Positions 50,271 to 62,738 of a stretch of DNA of 64,000 nucleotides are shown piece after piece. The notes below the pieces were generated by a model. That model had not been told where the DNA came from, did no database searches, and saw only the letters and a program-made list of their open reading frames with translations. Location: positions 1,243,063 to 1,307,062 of the forward strand of contig CAVYVH010000002.1 of NCBI GenBank assembly GCA_963771945.1. Direction: 5' to 3'. Within the stretch, counting starts at the first letter, position 1. Each line of letters begins with the position of its first letter. The position numbers and the translations under genes were made by a program. Origin of the DNA: an uncultured Verrucomicrobiae bacterium (GTDB lineage Bacteria > Verrucomicrobiota > Verrucomicrobiia > Verrucomicrobiales > Akkermansiaceae).

Positions 50271-51849
50271 ATGAAGAAGTCAGTCGTTTTTACCGCCCTC
50301 ATCGCACTGACTTTTTTGCTGCCGGTTTTCGATGCTCCGAACGTTCTCACCGCCTTGTGGCCGGCGATTTGTGCGCTGGTGGTGATCGTCTGGACGCGGC
50401 ATGCGGCTCTGGGTCTTGGGAGCGGAGTGGTGGCGGGGGCTTTGCTCATCCATCACGAAAGTCCCGCCGGAGCGTTGCGGGCGATTTTTTCCGACTACAT
50501 CTTCCCCTCTCTCGATGGGTCATGGCATGTGGGAGCCATCGTGTTCACGCTTATCCTCGGGGCGTTCGCTGGGTTGCTGGAAAAATCGGGTGGATTCGAT
50601 ACGATCCTTTCCCGACTGGTTTCCAAGGCGAAAGATCCGCAAAGGCGCCTGCTGGGGAGCGTGTATGTGATCGGGTTGCTGTGCTTTTTCGACGGGCTTG
50701 CGAACAGCTTGCTGACGGGTCGGATCGCACGACCTTTGGCAGATCGGACAGGAGTCTCGCGGGAAAGGCTGGCATGGGTGGTCGATTCAACATCGTCGCC
50801 GGTAGCCTGCGTGGCGTTCATCTCCACATGGATCGCGACCCAACTGAGCCTGATCAAGGAGGGTCTGGAGGGTGCACCGTTTCCAGTGGAGCCGTACTCC
50901 CTCTATTTCCAATCGATCCCGGCGAACCCGTATTGCCTGCTGACGTTGATGCTGGTGCCGCTCGCGGTTTTTCTGAAATACCAGCCACGGGCAATGAGTC
51001 GATACCTGCCGCAGGAGGCGGAGCCGGTTGACGCTGCTCATACGGGAGAAACTTCTCCGCTACGGGCGGTGGTGCCCTTGGTCGCGCTGGTGGTCGGGAT
51101 TTTCGCAGCCTTTCCGCTGCTTTCGGATCCGATGACAAACCCGCTTTCCTCCGCAGGCTGGCGAGACGCATTTAGCGGGGATGCCGGGCCGTATGCCTTG
51201 GTCGCCGGGAGTCTCGTCGGGTCTGGCGTTCGCGTGGGTGATGTATCCAAAAGGACGGAAAGTTTCTCCGAACGAGGCAGCCTACCACGGCGCGGCAAAT
51301 CTCCTGCCCGCACTCATCATCCTGGTCCTGGCATGGTCGCTGGGGAACGTGTTCTCGGAACTCGGTGCCGGGGAGCAACTGGCGAGGATGCTCTCGGATG
51401 GTTTCCCGGTGGCGTGGCTGCCACTCGCCGTGTTCGGATGCGGGGCTCTGATGTCTTTCGCCACCGGTTCCTCCTGGGGGACGATGGGGCTGCTGATGCC
51501 GCTTGCGTTGCCTGCTACTCTGGTCGCGGCCGGAGCCGCCGGTTTGTCGTCCGGTGAACTTTCCACCCTCGTCCCGGCTGTGATCGGAGCTGTGTTCGGC
51601 GGAGCGGTGTTGGGAGATCATTGCAGCCCCTTTTCCGATACCACCGTCGTCAGCTGCCATCGCATCCGGTTGCGAACCAACCGCACACGTGCATTCACAG
51701 CTCCCCTTCGCGGCGATCGCAGCGGGATTTGCTGCAGCAGCGTACTCATTGATGGCGGTAGGAATACCGGCGATCGCCTCGACTGCGATTGCTGCGTGTC
51801 GCAATGGCGGGATTCGTCCTTTTTCTTTCGAAACGGGCATCCTGCATAG
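50271..51849 (+). CDS. NhaC-family Na+/H+ antiporter (multiple indels; 3' end approximate)
   Basis: FFDGLAN, RERLAWVVDST, ATGSSWGTM, GDHCSPFSDTT across frames. Confidence 0.82.
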
Positions 51850-51854
51850 AGCAT

Positions 51855-52703
51855 CTACGGCTTCACGACCCGCCAGGCGGTTAGCCATTTCCGGGAAACC
51901 TGCTCGTATCCTTTTGCCACGAGCTGCCTCTCCATATCGGGAAAATGGGCGGCTCCATAGAAAATCCCGATGTTCTTTTTCCCGGCGGCCACCTGCTGCT
52001 CCAACACCTCCAGGCACTTTGCGTTCCGGTCGCCGATGATCACGTTTTCCCCGGCGAGGGAGTCGATCTGCTTGTCGCCCTCCGCCATGGTGTGCATGAG
52101 TTCCAGTTTCACCAGATCCGCGCGACCGGTCAGCATGCCTCGCATGAGGTTGAGGGAATTCGGCTCGCGGCTCGGCTTTTTCGCTGCGATCCCCGCCTGG
52201 ATCATGAACCCCAGCAGCGACTCCCCCCTCTCCTCTTGCAGCTCCTCGAACTCCTCCATGGTCAGATCCGCATGGACGAAATTTTCCGCGAAATAGTCGA
52301 TCAGCGCCCCTTGCCCTGTCAGCCCGAGCGCCTTTTCCATCGTCTCGTAGATTACGCGTAAGCCCGGCGAGGTTATCGTCCTGTCTTCGGCGCCTTCCAC
52401 TACCGCTGGCTTTTTCCCGCCACCGAGGTGTTCACCTCCCACCATTTCAAACAGGAGCACCTCGTAGTTCTCGAAATACTTGTTGAGAAATTCGTAGTAG
52501 CGCTTGTCGGCAAGGTGGATCGCCCCGATGAGATCGACCCGCACCCCGTCCTTTTCGTATCCGAACACGGCGGTCTGGAGTTTCGCGGATTCCTCGGTTT
52601 CCTTGACCCGGATGAAATCGCCCGCCAAGCCTTCGTTTCCCGTCGCGACAAGCAGAGTCGCAACCATCGCGACTTTCCGTGCCCAAGACATCCTGATCTT
52701 CAT
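51855..52703 (-). CDS. Exported hypothetical protein (TraB/GumN-like)
   Basis: Signal peptide, [29 protein letters not shown]. Confidence 0.65.
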   Translation of the reverse strand: MKIRMSWARKVAMVATLLVATGNEGLAGDFIRVKETEESAKLQTAVFGYEKDGVRVDLIGAIHLADKRYYEFLNKYFENYEVLLFEMVGGEHLGGGKKPAVVEGAEDRTITSPGLRVIYETMEKALGLTGQGALIDYFAENFVHADLTMEEFEELQEERGESLLGFMIQAGIAAKKPSREPNSLNLMRGMLTGRADLVKLELMHTMAEGDKQIDSLAGENVIIGDRNAKCLEVLEQQVAAGKKNIGIFYGAAHFPDMERQLVAKGYEQVSRKWLTAWRVVKP

Positions 52704-52769
52704 GCCGACATTTTTGCACCGCATCCCGTCATTGCCCACGGAAAATTTCCAGTCTATCCTCCCGCGCCA

Positions 52770-55299
52770 ATGACTCCCCAAGCCGCCCTTTCCTACTGCC
52801 CCGATCTCCTCAGTTTCACCCGCCGGGTGACCCGTGAAGTGATGGTCGGCAACGTGGGCGTCGGCGGAGACAACCCGATCCGGGTGCAGTCGATGATCAC
52901 CTCCGACACCCGCGACACCCCCGCGTGCGTGGCGGAAGTTCTGGGACTTGCCGAGGCCGGCTGTGAGATCGTCCGCATCACCGCGCAGACCAAAGTCTAT
53001 GCCGCGAATCTGGAAAACATCGCCCGCGAAGTCCGCGCCGCCGGATGCGACGTTCCCCTGGTGGCGGATATCCATTTCAAACCGGATGCCGCCATGGAAG
53101 CCGCGAAGTGGGTGGAAAAAGTCCGCGTGAATCCCGGCAACTACGCGGACAAAAAGAAATTCGAGATCCGCGAATACTCCGACGACCAATACGAGGCGGA
53201 ACTCGAACGAATCCGCGAGCAGTTCACCCCGCTCGTCCATCTTTGCAAAGATCTCGGCAGGGCAATGCGGATCGGCACCAACCACGGCTCCCTCTCCGAC
53301 CGCATCATGAACCGCTACGGCGACACCCCGCTCGGCATGTGCGAGAGCGCGTTGGAATTCGCCCGGATCGCCAGGGAAAATGATTACCACAATTTCGTAT
53401 TCTCCATGAAAGCCTCCAATCCGAAGGTGATGATCGAGGCCTACCGCCTCCTCGTCGCGCGGCTGGATGCGGAAGGCGCGGACTGGAATTACCCCATCCA
53501 CCTCGGCGTTACCGAAGCGGGCGACGGCGAAGACGGCCGTATCAAATCCGCCATCGGAATCGGTTCCCTGCTGGCAGACGGAATCGGAGACACCATCCGC
53601 GTCTCCCTCACGGAAGACGCCAGTCCACGAAATCCCGGTGGCAAAGGCATTGGTCGAGCTGCAAAGCAGCGAGGGTAGCTGCCGCGTCCTGCGGCAGGCC
53701 GTGGAAGCTGCGTCCCGCAGCCTCCCGAAAGACGCCGAAAACATCACCATAGACTGGGACAAGGTCGAGAAAGACGACGCCACCTACCTCCCCCACTGGC
53801 GAATGCACGGTGGCACCTACGCCGTAACATTCCGCCAGGCGGACGCCCTCCCCGTCGCCGCCCTCAACCGTTACCGCGACACCCGCGACGCCATTCTCGA
53901 AAAAATACGCATCCTCCAGGAACTCGATTCCTCCCGCAGCCAGATCACGCCAACTCGCGAACTCCGCGACGAGCTAAACCAGATCCAAACGGCGATCATC
54001 GACCCAGCACTCAACCAAGGCCACGGCTCATGCCTTCTTCCAAGATCCGGAAAACGCGAACCTTCTTCAGAACGCACTGAAGCATTTCGATGGGACAACG
54101 ATATGACCTTCTCGCATGGTGCGTGATGCCGAATCATGCGCATGTGGTTTTGAAAACCAATCCTGGAGAGAGTTTGGAAAAAATCCTGCATTCTTGGAAA
54201 AGTTTCACGGCGCCATGAAATCAACAAGCGTGGTGGGACTACCGGCACGATCTGGCAGAAGGAAAGTTATGATCATTTGATTCGGGACGGGGAGGATCTT
54301 CGGAACCAGGTGGAGTATGTTTTGGATAATCCGGTGAAGGCCGGGTTGGACGGTTGGGAGTGGGTTGGGAGCGCTTATGGACGGGTCTCGGCGGGACGCC
54401 GAAGACCACGGCCTGCCCCGGGACGGGGCAGCTACGCTCGCTCCATCCTACGATCCCTTCTCCTACGAGAGACGCAGTAGTTCCATCCTTACCATCGAAG
54501 GCCACGAACTCGGTGGAGACCAGCCCGTCCGGGTCTTCACCACGCAGGAGCGCTGGAATGCCCTTGCCCACAAGATCGCGAACATGGGCGACTTCAAACC
54601 GGAGATCGTATTGGAAAAATCCGGCGTGATCGCCATCGATCCGCGCGACGACTCGGCGGTTTCTTCCCTGAATGACGGAACGGATAGCCCAGCTCATCAC
54701 CGTCGCGGACGGCATTCCCATGGAGCCAATCCATGCCTTCCGCATGCTCGCCTTCAAAGCGGATCCCCGCCACCCCATCCTGCTCAAGGACACGCTAGAT
54801 CCTCCCTCCGGCGAAACGGATTTCCTCAAAGCCCTCCTCCCCGCCTCCCAAAACATCGGTTCCCTCCTCTGCGATGGAATCGGCGATGCGATCCTCGTCC
54901 GGGGCGAAACCGCTCCCGGAGCCTCCCTCCGCCTCGCCTACAACATCCTCCAAGCCGCAGGCACGCGCATTTTCAAAACCGACTACGTGGCCTGCCCCTC
55001 CTGCGGACGAACACTTTTCAACCTCCAATCCACCACCCAAAAAATCCGCGCTGCCACCGGCCACCTCAAAGGAGTCCGCATCGCAGTGATGGGCTGCATC
55101 GTCAACGGCCCCGGAGAAATGGCGGATGCCGACTTCGGATACGTCGGCGGAGCACCCGGAAAGATCAACCTCTACGTCGGGAAGACAGCGGTAAAATTCA
55201 ACATTCCGGAAGCCGAAGCCGTCGAGCGCCTGATTGACCTGATCACCGAGCACGGCAAGTGGATCGAAGCACCCGCAGCAAGCCCCCGCCACCGTCTGA
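52770..55299 (+). CDS. ispG: HMBPP synthase IspG, long type, carrying a RAYT insertion; several indels
   Basis: [44 protein letters not shown]; C-domain [18 protein letters not shown]; stop approximate. Confidence 0.93.
53675..54435 (+). mobile_element. REP-RAYT-REP unit inserted in ispG
   Basis: Inverted GTAG-REPs at 53675-53718 and 54391-54435 enclose [39 protein letters not shown] and [11 protein letters not shown]. Confidence 0.88.
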
Positions 55300-55302
55300 A
55301 CC

Positions 55303-55585
55303 ATGGCAGAGACCACCACCTTAACCAAGACCGAGACCGACGTCTCCACCGCCCCCCCGTGGAACGTCATTGTCCATGACGATCCCGTGAACCTCATGGC
55401 CTACGTGACTTTCGTGCTGATAAAAATCTTCGGCTACAACGAAAGTCATGCGACCACTCTGATGCTCCAGGTCCACCAGCAAGGGCGCTCCGTGGTATGG
55501 ACGCGGCGAGCTGGAGAAGGCGGAGTTCTACACCCAGCAACTCCAGTTCCACCAGTTGAAAACCTCCCTCGAACAATCCGAATGA
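55303..55585 (+). CDS. clpS: ATP-dependent Clp protease adaptor ClpS (indel near 55505)
   Basis: [35 protein letters not shown]. Confidence 0.9.
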
Positions 55586-56054
55586 AAATCGCACCGACCA
55601 TGGAGGGAGGCCTGAGGATCGACCCGGAGACCGATGAAGACTGGCACATCCTGCGCGCCATCGCACTGGATGCGAACGGCTGCGAGACCGATCTCGCCGA
55701 CACGCTTGGGCGGACTAATCACGGATGAGAAAATTTCCGAAGACTGGCAGGATATCGTCGTGCCGGATCTGCGCGAGTCTTTTGCCGATGACCTCCACTA
55801 CATATATGCCGCCATCGAAGCGGCCGCTGCTTTCCAGGACGCCGAGGAATCGCCGATATGGATCACGCGGGAAGATGCGTTCACGTGGTATAGCGGCTTG
55901 AACCAGGCACGGCTGGCCTTGGAGGACAAATACAAATTCGGCCCCGATCCGGAATCCGAATCCGGCGAATCTCACTCCGCTCCGCCACGAGGCGCTGCTC
56001 CGGAACCATTTCTACTGCGCCCTGCAGAGCTTCATTCTCGAGCACTCGCTGTAA
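55582..56054 (+). CDS. DUF2017-like protein (indels)
   Basis: ATGA overlap with clpS; [23 protein letters not shown]. Confidence 0.6.
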
Positions 56055-56056
56055 AA

Positions 56057-56747
56057 CTATTCCCCGAAGATCACGCGGTAGAACTCCCTCGCGGTAATCT
56101 GATCTCCGTAATCACTCGGGTGGCTGCCGTCCTCGTGGTAGAGTTCGCGACCTCGTCCGGCGCGGTATTCGCGCTCCCATGCATCACCCGCCGGGACGAT
56201 GGTCACCACTCCGCATGTTCGGAGGCTCTCCGGTAGCCGTTCGCTCACACGGTCGTTCATCGCATAGAAATCGTCACCCGGGATCCGTTCATCCCCATCG
56301 CGCCGGCCCCATGTCTGATAGAGAAGTGGGATCGCTCCGATTGCACGCGCCTCGTCGGCAAAAGTTTTCACGAAGGGATCCATCACCGCTCTTCCGTTCG
56401 CTTTCCGGGCTACCCGGGTGGAGGCTGTGATCTTGGATCACGACGATATCCCAAGTTCCCCTGCACGGAGTTTTTTCAAAGTCCCCTCGTGGGCGGAATG
56501 CTGCTCAAGAGTCCAGCCTCCGAAAGTGGAATGACCGACTCTTACCTTCTTCCCACGCGATTTCGAAAGCTTCCTGAAAGCCTGCGGCACACCGAAGCTG
56601 TAGCTGTTCCCGATGAAAAGGACGGAAACCTCCGTTCGTTTTTCAGGCGCTCTCTTCGTCGCGAGCTTCGGAAGGCTTTTCTCCCGGAGGTTGGACCGCA
56701 CAGCTTGAAAGGCCGAGGAAGCCGAGGATTTTCGCCAGGAGTTTCAT
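56057..56747 (-). CDS. SGNH-like lipoprotein (indels)
   Basis: Lipobox LSSC, VLFIGNSY, YQTW, DGSHP. Confidence 0.7.
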
Positions 56748-56764
56748 TTGTTCAGATAGTCTTT

Positions 56765-57652
56765 TCACGCCCGGGGATGTGCTTCGTCGTAGGCGGTTTT
56801 CAGCCGTTCTTTGGTCACGTGGGTGTAGATTTGCGTGGTGGAAAGCGAGGCGTGACCGAGGAGTTCCTGCACGCTGCGGAGATCGGCTCCGGCATCGAGC
56901 ATGTGTGTCGCGAAGCTGTGCCTCAGCTTGTGCGGACTTACCCCAAAGGGAATCCCGCTCATCTTCAAATACTTTTTCAACATCAGATCCACCGCTTGCT
57001 GGGTGATCCGCGTCCCACGGATGCTGCGAAAGAGCGGACCGTTGGTAACCACCGCTTCCTGCCTGTATTTCTGAATCGCACGCATCGCCGCTCCGCCGAT
57101 GGGAACCATTCGCTCCTTTCTGCCTTTTCCCACGACTTTCACGATCTCTCCACGAAATCCACGTGCTTCACATCGAGTCCGAGCAGCTCGGAGATCCGCA
57201 GACCGGAGGAGTAGAACAGCTCAAGGATGGCGGCATCCCGATATTTCAGCCACTGCGGGCCCTTCGTCGGAGCATCAGTCTTTCAGAGGCATCTCCAAAA
57301 GCTCATCCATCTGCTTCACGCTCAGCACCACCGGCAGACTCTCGCTCCGGCTTCGGCATCTGGACTTCCGCCACCGGGCTGCTTGCGAGGCCACGGCGGA
57401 GGACGAGATATTTGTAAAATGATCGAAGGGCCGCGAAGCGAAGACGAATCGTCGAGCGCTTCAGACCCTGCTTCATCAGCTCATAAAGATAGCCACGGAA
57501 ATCATCCCCCGTCTCGTCCCGCCAGTTGACAAAACCATCCCCCGCCACTCCGCGTATTTCTTCAGCGCGGCGGAGTAGTTCCGCACGGTCAGCGGGGAGG
57601 CGTTTTTCTCCGTCTCCTGAAATTCGAGAAAATATGAAACGTCGGCGCTCAT
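56765..57652 (-). CDS. xerC: Tyrosine recombinase XerC-like (indels)
   Basis: [51 protein letters not shown]. Confidence 0.85.
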
Positions 57653-57690
57653 TGAAACTAAAATCGAGTCCCCGGTTGGGAGGAACGGAT

Positions 57691-60137
57691 TCATTTAAGG
57701 AACACCTCACGTGCTTTCGCACCTTCCCCCGGACCAACGATTCCGCGTTGCTCGAGAATATCCACCATGCGGGCGGCGCGGGTGTAGCCGAGGCGGAGAC
57801 GGCGCTGGAGGAGGGAGGTGCTGGCCTTCTGTTCTTGGCGGACGACCTCGATGCACTTGATGATGAGTTCCTCGTCGGCATCGGAGACTTCCTCCTCGTC
57901 GTCCATTCCGGCGTTCTCGATGACTCGCGAATGTCCTTTTCGTAGCGGGGTTTCGCCTGTCCGGCAGCAGTGCTCGACGATACGCTCGACTTCCTCGTCG
58001 GAAACGAAGGCGCCCTGCGCACGTTCGAGCTTCGCGGAGCCGGGCGGGAGGTAGAGCATGTCACCTTTTCCGACAAGTTTGTCGGCACCCTTGGTATCGA
58101 GGATGACGCGGGAATCGAGCGCGGAGGAAACCTGGAAGGCGATCCGGCTGGGGATGTTCGCCTTGATGATGCCGGTGACGACATCCGCACGCGGCGTCTG
58201 GGTGGCGATGATGAGGTGGATGCCGGCCGCACGCGCTTTCTGGGCGATACGGGCGATGCACATTTCCACATCCGCAGGAGCGGTCTGCATGAGGTCGGCA
58301 AGCTCGTCGATGAGCACGACGATGTATGGGAAACGGTCCGGAATCTCATCCTCCTCGATCTCCAGTTCCTCCTCAGTCGCCTCGGGACCGAGGTCGCCGT
58401 CTTCGAGCGCGGTGGCGATTTCTTCGATGTCCTGCAAGATCCACTTCCGGCTCCTCTTCTTCCGGAACCGGCACTTCCTCTTTTTCCTCGCGGGGGCGGT
58501 TGTTGAAACCGTCGAAGTTCCGAACGCCCGTTTTCGCGAAAATCTTGTAGCGTTTCTCCATCTCGTTCACCACCCACTTGAGGGCGGCGACGGTTTTCTT
58601 GGGATCGGTCACCACGGGCACGACCATGTGCGGCAGCTTGTTGTACATCTGCATCTCGACCACTTTCGGATCGACCATGATGAAGCGCAGCTCGTCGGGA
58701 CCGAACTTGAAGAGGATGGATGCGATGATGGAGTTGATGCAGACGGATTTTCCCGAACCGGTGGCACCGGCAACGAGGAGGTGGGGCATGGCTGCGAGAT
58801 CGCCGATGACGGTTTTTCCGTAGACGTCTTTGCCGAGCGCGAGCGGGATCTTCTTTTTCGCCGAGCGGAACTCGGCATCGTGGAGAAGCTCGTGGAGCGG
58901 GACGGCGACCTTGGTGGAATTCGCGATCTCGATTCCGACCGTGTCCTTGCCGGGAATGGGCGCGAGGATGTTGATCCGCTCGGCGCGGGTGGCGCGGGCG
59001 AGATCCGCTTCGAGCTGGGAGATGCGGGAAACGCGGAGGCCGGTGGACGGATAGATTTCGTAGCGGGTGATCGTCGGGCCACGGGTGATGTCGCCGGGGG
59101 TGACGTCGATGCCGAATGCCTGGAGGGTTTCGACGATGGTGGTCTGGACTGCCAGAAGCTCGCCGTGGTCCGCGGCCTCCGCCTCTACTTCGACCTCATC
59201 CAGATAGATCGAATCCCGGCAGTTCGTAATCCTCAAACCCGGTGACGGAGAGGGATTGGTGGCCAGGCTTTTTCCGCTCGAAAGGCTTTTCGCCAACCGC
59301 AGCCGCACCCGATCGCACGGCGCTGGGAGGAATCGATGATCTGCGGGCTGGGGTCTCGCGGATGGCGAGTTCCTTCTGGCCGGGAGCGTCGGTCTCGGCC
59401 TCTTTGAGTTTCGCAAGCTCGCGCTCCACAGCGGCGTTGCTCACGCTGTTTTTCGCGTTCGTTGAGGAGTTCCCTTTCGCGGGCATCGGCACGACCCGCC
59501 TCGGTCCGGCTCATTTTCCATGGCATCGATTCTCCGTTTTGCACATTCGGATAGCAACCGCGACCGAAATCCACCGGGCGTCTGCCCGGTCAGCCAGATC
59601 AGGCCGATGAGATAGGCGATGCCGGTAAGAATTGTTGTTCCCGACATTACTGATGATCGGCATCAGGACGAAACCTCCGAGACCGTTTCCAATCACACCA
59701 CCCGGGCTGGGCATGCGGCATCTTGCAGCCCACTCGACGAAAAAAATTCCGGTCGCATGCAGAAAAACTGAACCTGAAACCAGAACGACCGACAGTCCAA
59801 GAGCGATCCTAGGCCAGAGGTTTCCGCGAAATGCGAGCTTCAGCACACCGAACCAGATGAAGCCCAGAGCCAGCATCCAACCGGCCGCGCCGAACAAAAG
59901 AATCTGCACGAAGGCAAGGATGCCTCCCACCGGCCCAAGCCAGTTGTCGCCACTTTCATCGCCCTTGTCGGCGAATGCCTCGAACATCCCCCACTCGGGA
60001 AGATCCGCCGGGCTGTAGGAAAGCTGGGAAAACAATAGGATCAGGCCACCGGCCATCCAGCAGACTCCGGCGATTTCGCTGGACCACTTCTTTGGCTCCT
60101 CCACATGCCCGCGCTTTCTGTTGACTCGACTTCCCAT
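57691..60137 (-). CDS. ftsK: DNA translocase FtsK (multiple indels)
   Basis: N-terminal TM domain, GPTITRYE, PHLLVAGATGSGKS, IDELADLM, ARAAGIH, SLLQRRLRLGYTRAAR. Confidence 0.93.
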
Positions 60138-60267
60138 GTTTTCCGACTCCGGAAGCATCCCCTGTCCGACTCGTCAAGAGCAAGATTGTTTTATTAGGCG
60201 GGAAATTCAGGAAAAGCTTAAATAGCAGACCGGCGTATTTCCAGCCACAGCCCGCCGTCTCCCTTTG

Positions 60268-62738
60268 TTAGTAAACCCGCCTTACCGAGTGGCTGAAGTA
60301 GTGCTGGGTGATGCAGATCGGAGAGCGTCTTCCAACTCCGCTTACGCATCGGCTGTCAGACTCCTTCGCCATCGGGAATGTTTCTCATCTACTCAAACCG
60401 ATCGTTAAGGAGTCCCAGACGCTTGTGAATTTTCGGAAACAGTCCGAAGTCGTGGTCTCCCGGAAAACGCTCGGACTCCGCGTGCAGCACGCCGATTTGG
60501 AATCCGACGGAGCGCGGGTTGCTACGCTCCGAGAAGAGAAGCTCCACCACGCCCTGCCAGTCCGGTTTGGAAAAATAGCGGCGGCGGTAGGTCATCACGC
60601 TGTCGCAAATTTCAATCAGAGGCTCAAGCATTCCGGTATCGGTGGAAGCGGTGCGCAGCAGGGAAAGGCCACAGAGTCCACGTTCGATGCGCCGCCCGGT
60701 TTCCAGAAACGCCAGCCCTGGCCACGTATCATATTCTCCGCCTGCATCCCGGAGAATGCGGCGAGGTGCAGTAGCATACGGTCCAGCGTGCGCAGAAGAT
60801 CGGTCGCACGCGGCAGACGGCTTGCGCCATCGACGGTCGTCTTGAGATGGTTGAAGAATGATCCAGGTATCATCGGAAATCCGGTCCCGGGCGCTGGCGG
60901 CGTTCGCGATCAGGCTGTCCACGAGTTTCGTGAGGCTGCCGTGCACGTTTTTCCCGAAAACCAGCGCGCGAGCTCGCGCAACCGAATTCATTTCCCCGGC
61001 ATCTTCCGAGACGACGCCGCTCCCTTGCAAGCAGAGCTGAGGCATGCTCCGAGCTGGTCGCGCTGCCTCCGCCCGCTTTCCCCCTCGATACAGCGCAAGC
61101 GTCACCCGCAGCATCCGCGCGACGATTTCCACCCGTCTCCACATATCGGCCCACCCAATAAAGCTGTTCCGCGATCCGGCTCGGCACCTCCGGGGCATTC
61201 CCAGCCTGTCCCGGAGCAACGGCACGCTGCAGATTGATTCCCGGCTCCGGCGAAGCCGGTTTCCCGGTGAGCCACACATCCTTCGTGAAACCCTCGTGAT
61301 CTGGCCAGAGCTGAGGCGGGATTCCCGGTTTCCCGATCCTGGCAAGACCCACCGGGAAGCACTGTTGGCCGTCTTTCCCGTTGAGGGTAAAGGCCCGGAG
61401 AATCACCGGCCTGGGACTGCACGCCGCGCCCTGCCATGGAAGGCACCAGGCTCGGGGACACGTCCCTCTGCACCACGAAATCCCATGGCCTCTGCGCGAT
61501 CACCGACAGCCATTGCTTGCGGGAGGCGGCACGACAGGCTCCCCCATTTCACCGGCAGCAGCCGGTCCTTTCCGAAAGCCGAAAGCAGCACGTAGCCGTT
61601 GAGATTTCCTAGCAAACGTTCGCGCACTCCCTGCTGACCCAGCCACCAGCTTTCCACGAAAGGCAGAGAAAGCTCCTCGCCGAACCACTTCCGGCAGATC
61701 AGCGGGAGAAATGCCTGCAATGCGGGCGATCCGGCAAAACCTGCTCCCGGCGCATTCATCAGCGCGACGTTTCCCGGAGCGCCATGCCTCGATCAGCCCC
61801 GGCACGCCTCCCCCGCCGCGATGTCCAGAACTCCAGAGGATCGATCCCGTCGTCGTCCAGACGGCAGATCACCCCGTCGATCCTCCGCAACCCGCCCAGG
61901 GTTTTCAGGAAAAGCCGTCTCTCACGGACGGTCAGATCAGCCGCCTCCACCAGGGAAATCCCCAGCAATCGCGCCTTGTATGCATGCTCGAAATAGGATG
62001 GATGATGGTAGCCCGGCGTCAGGAAAACCAGATTGGAAACCTCTCCTCTGCTCGTTTCCAGATCCTGCAGAGCGCGCGTGCTCATCATCGAAAAACGGCT
62101 TGAGCTTCGCCACCTGCGCCTGCTCGAAAAGATCCGGCAACACCGCGGAAACCACACTGCGGTTCTCGAGCGTCTGCCCCAGTCCGCCCGGCGTGTGGGT
62201 GTGGTCGCTCAGAACCGTCCAGACCCCGTTCACGCCCCGCACCAGATCGCAACCGCTCGCCAGCAGCCATTTTTTTCCGGAAGGCTGGATATCCCGGGTC
62301 GAGTGGTGGAACGCCGGGCTCGCATGGACCAGATCAGGCGGCACCAGCCCGTCTTTCAGGAGCAATCGGGCGCCATAAAGATCCGCCAGCACCGCCTCCA
62401 GCAGCCTCATCCGCTGAGCCAGCCCCTTCGCCACGATATCCCATTCCTGCCGTTCCATGATGAACGGAATCGGATCGATTTCATACGGTTGACCGGCCCC
62501 TCCCACATCGCGATACACATTGAAAGTCGTGCCGAGATCCTCAAGCATCCGCGCCGGTTTCAGCAAGCAAGCGCCTTCCTGCTCATCTGCCGTCCAGCTC
62601 CTGGATCCGTGCGTTCATTTCCGCCCAATACGGCCGCACGCGTCCCTGCCCGTCCAGCAACTCATTCCACACGCCGCCCGGTGGCGCTTCCGCCACACCC
62701 GATCCGGCGACCGGTGAAAATCTCTGTTTCTGGTTCAT
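60268..62738 (-). CDS. Circularly permuted ATP-grasp type 2 / alpha-E domain fusion (many indels)
   Basis: IDPIPF, QRMRLLEAVLADLYG, YFEHAY, LKTLGGL, PSRIAEQLYWVGRY, ETGRRIER, SNPRSVGFQ; ends QHYFSH. Confidence 0.82.

Noticed and set aside
53675-54435. Intein or IStron (group I intron-IS) explanation for the ispG insert
   Set aside because: No intein C-terminal HN-(C/S/T) or splicing blocks are visible, and the nuclease ORF plus REPs fill the insert, leaving no room for a ribozyme core. RNA-level removal is not formally excluded.
56765-57652. Tyrosine recombinase as a prophage or island integrase
   Set aside because: It has XerC/D-type size and motifs, lies beside ftsK, and has no att repeats or cargo.
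50271-62738. Apparent mass pseudogenisation or programmed frameshifting (nhaC, ispG, clpS, xerC, ftsK, ATP-grasp; also serA, dsbD, M28)
   Set aside because: The breaks are mostly single-base indels in short homopolymers, in core genes with otherwise intact motifs, and they get denser toward one end of the window. This fits low-coverage consensus error best.
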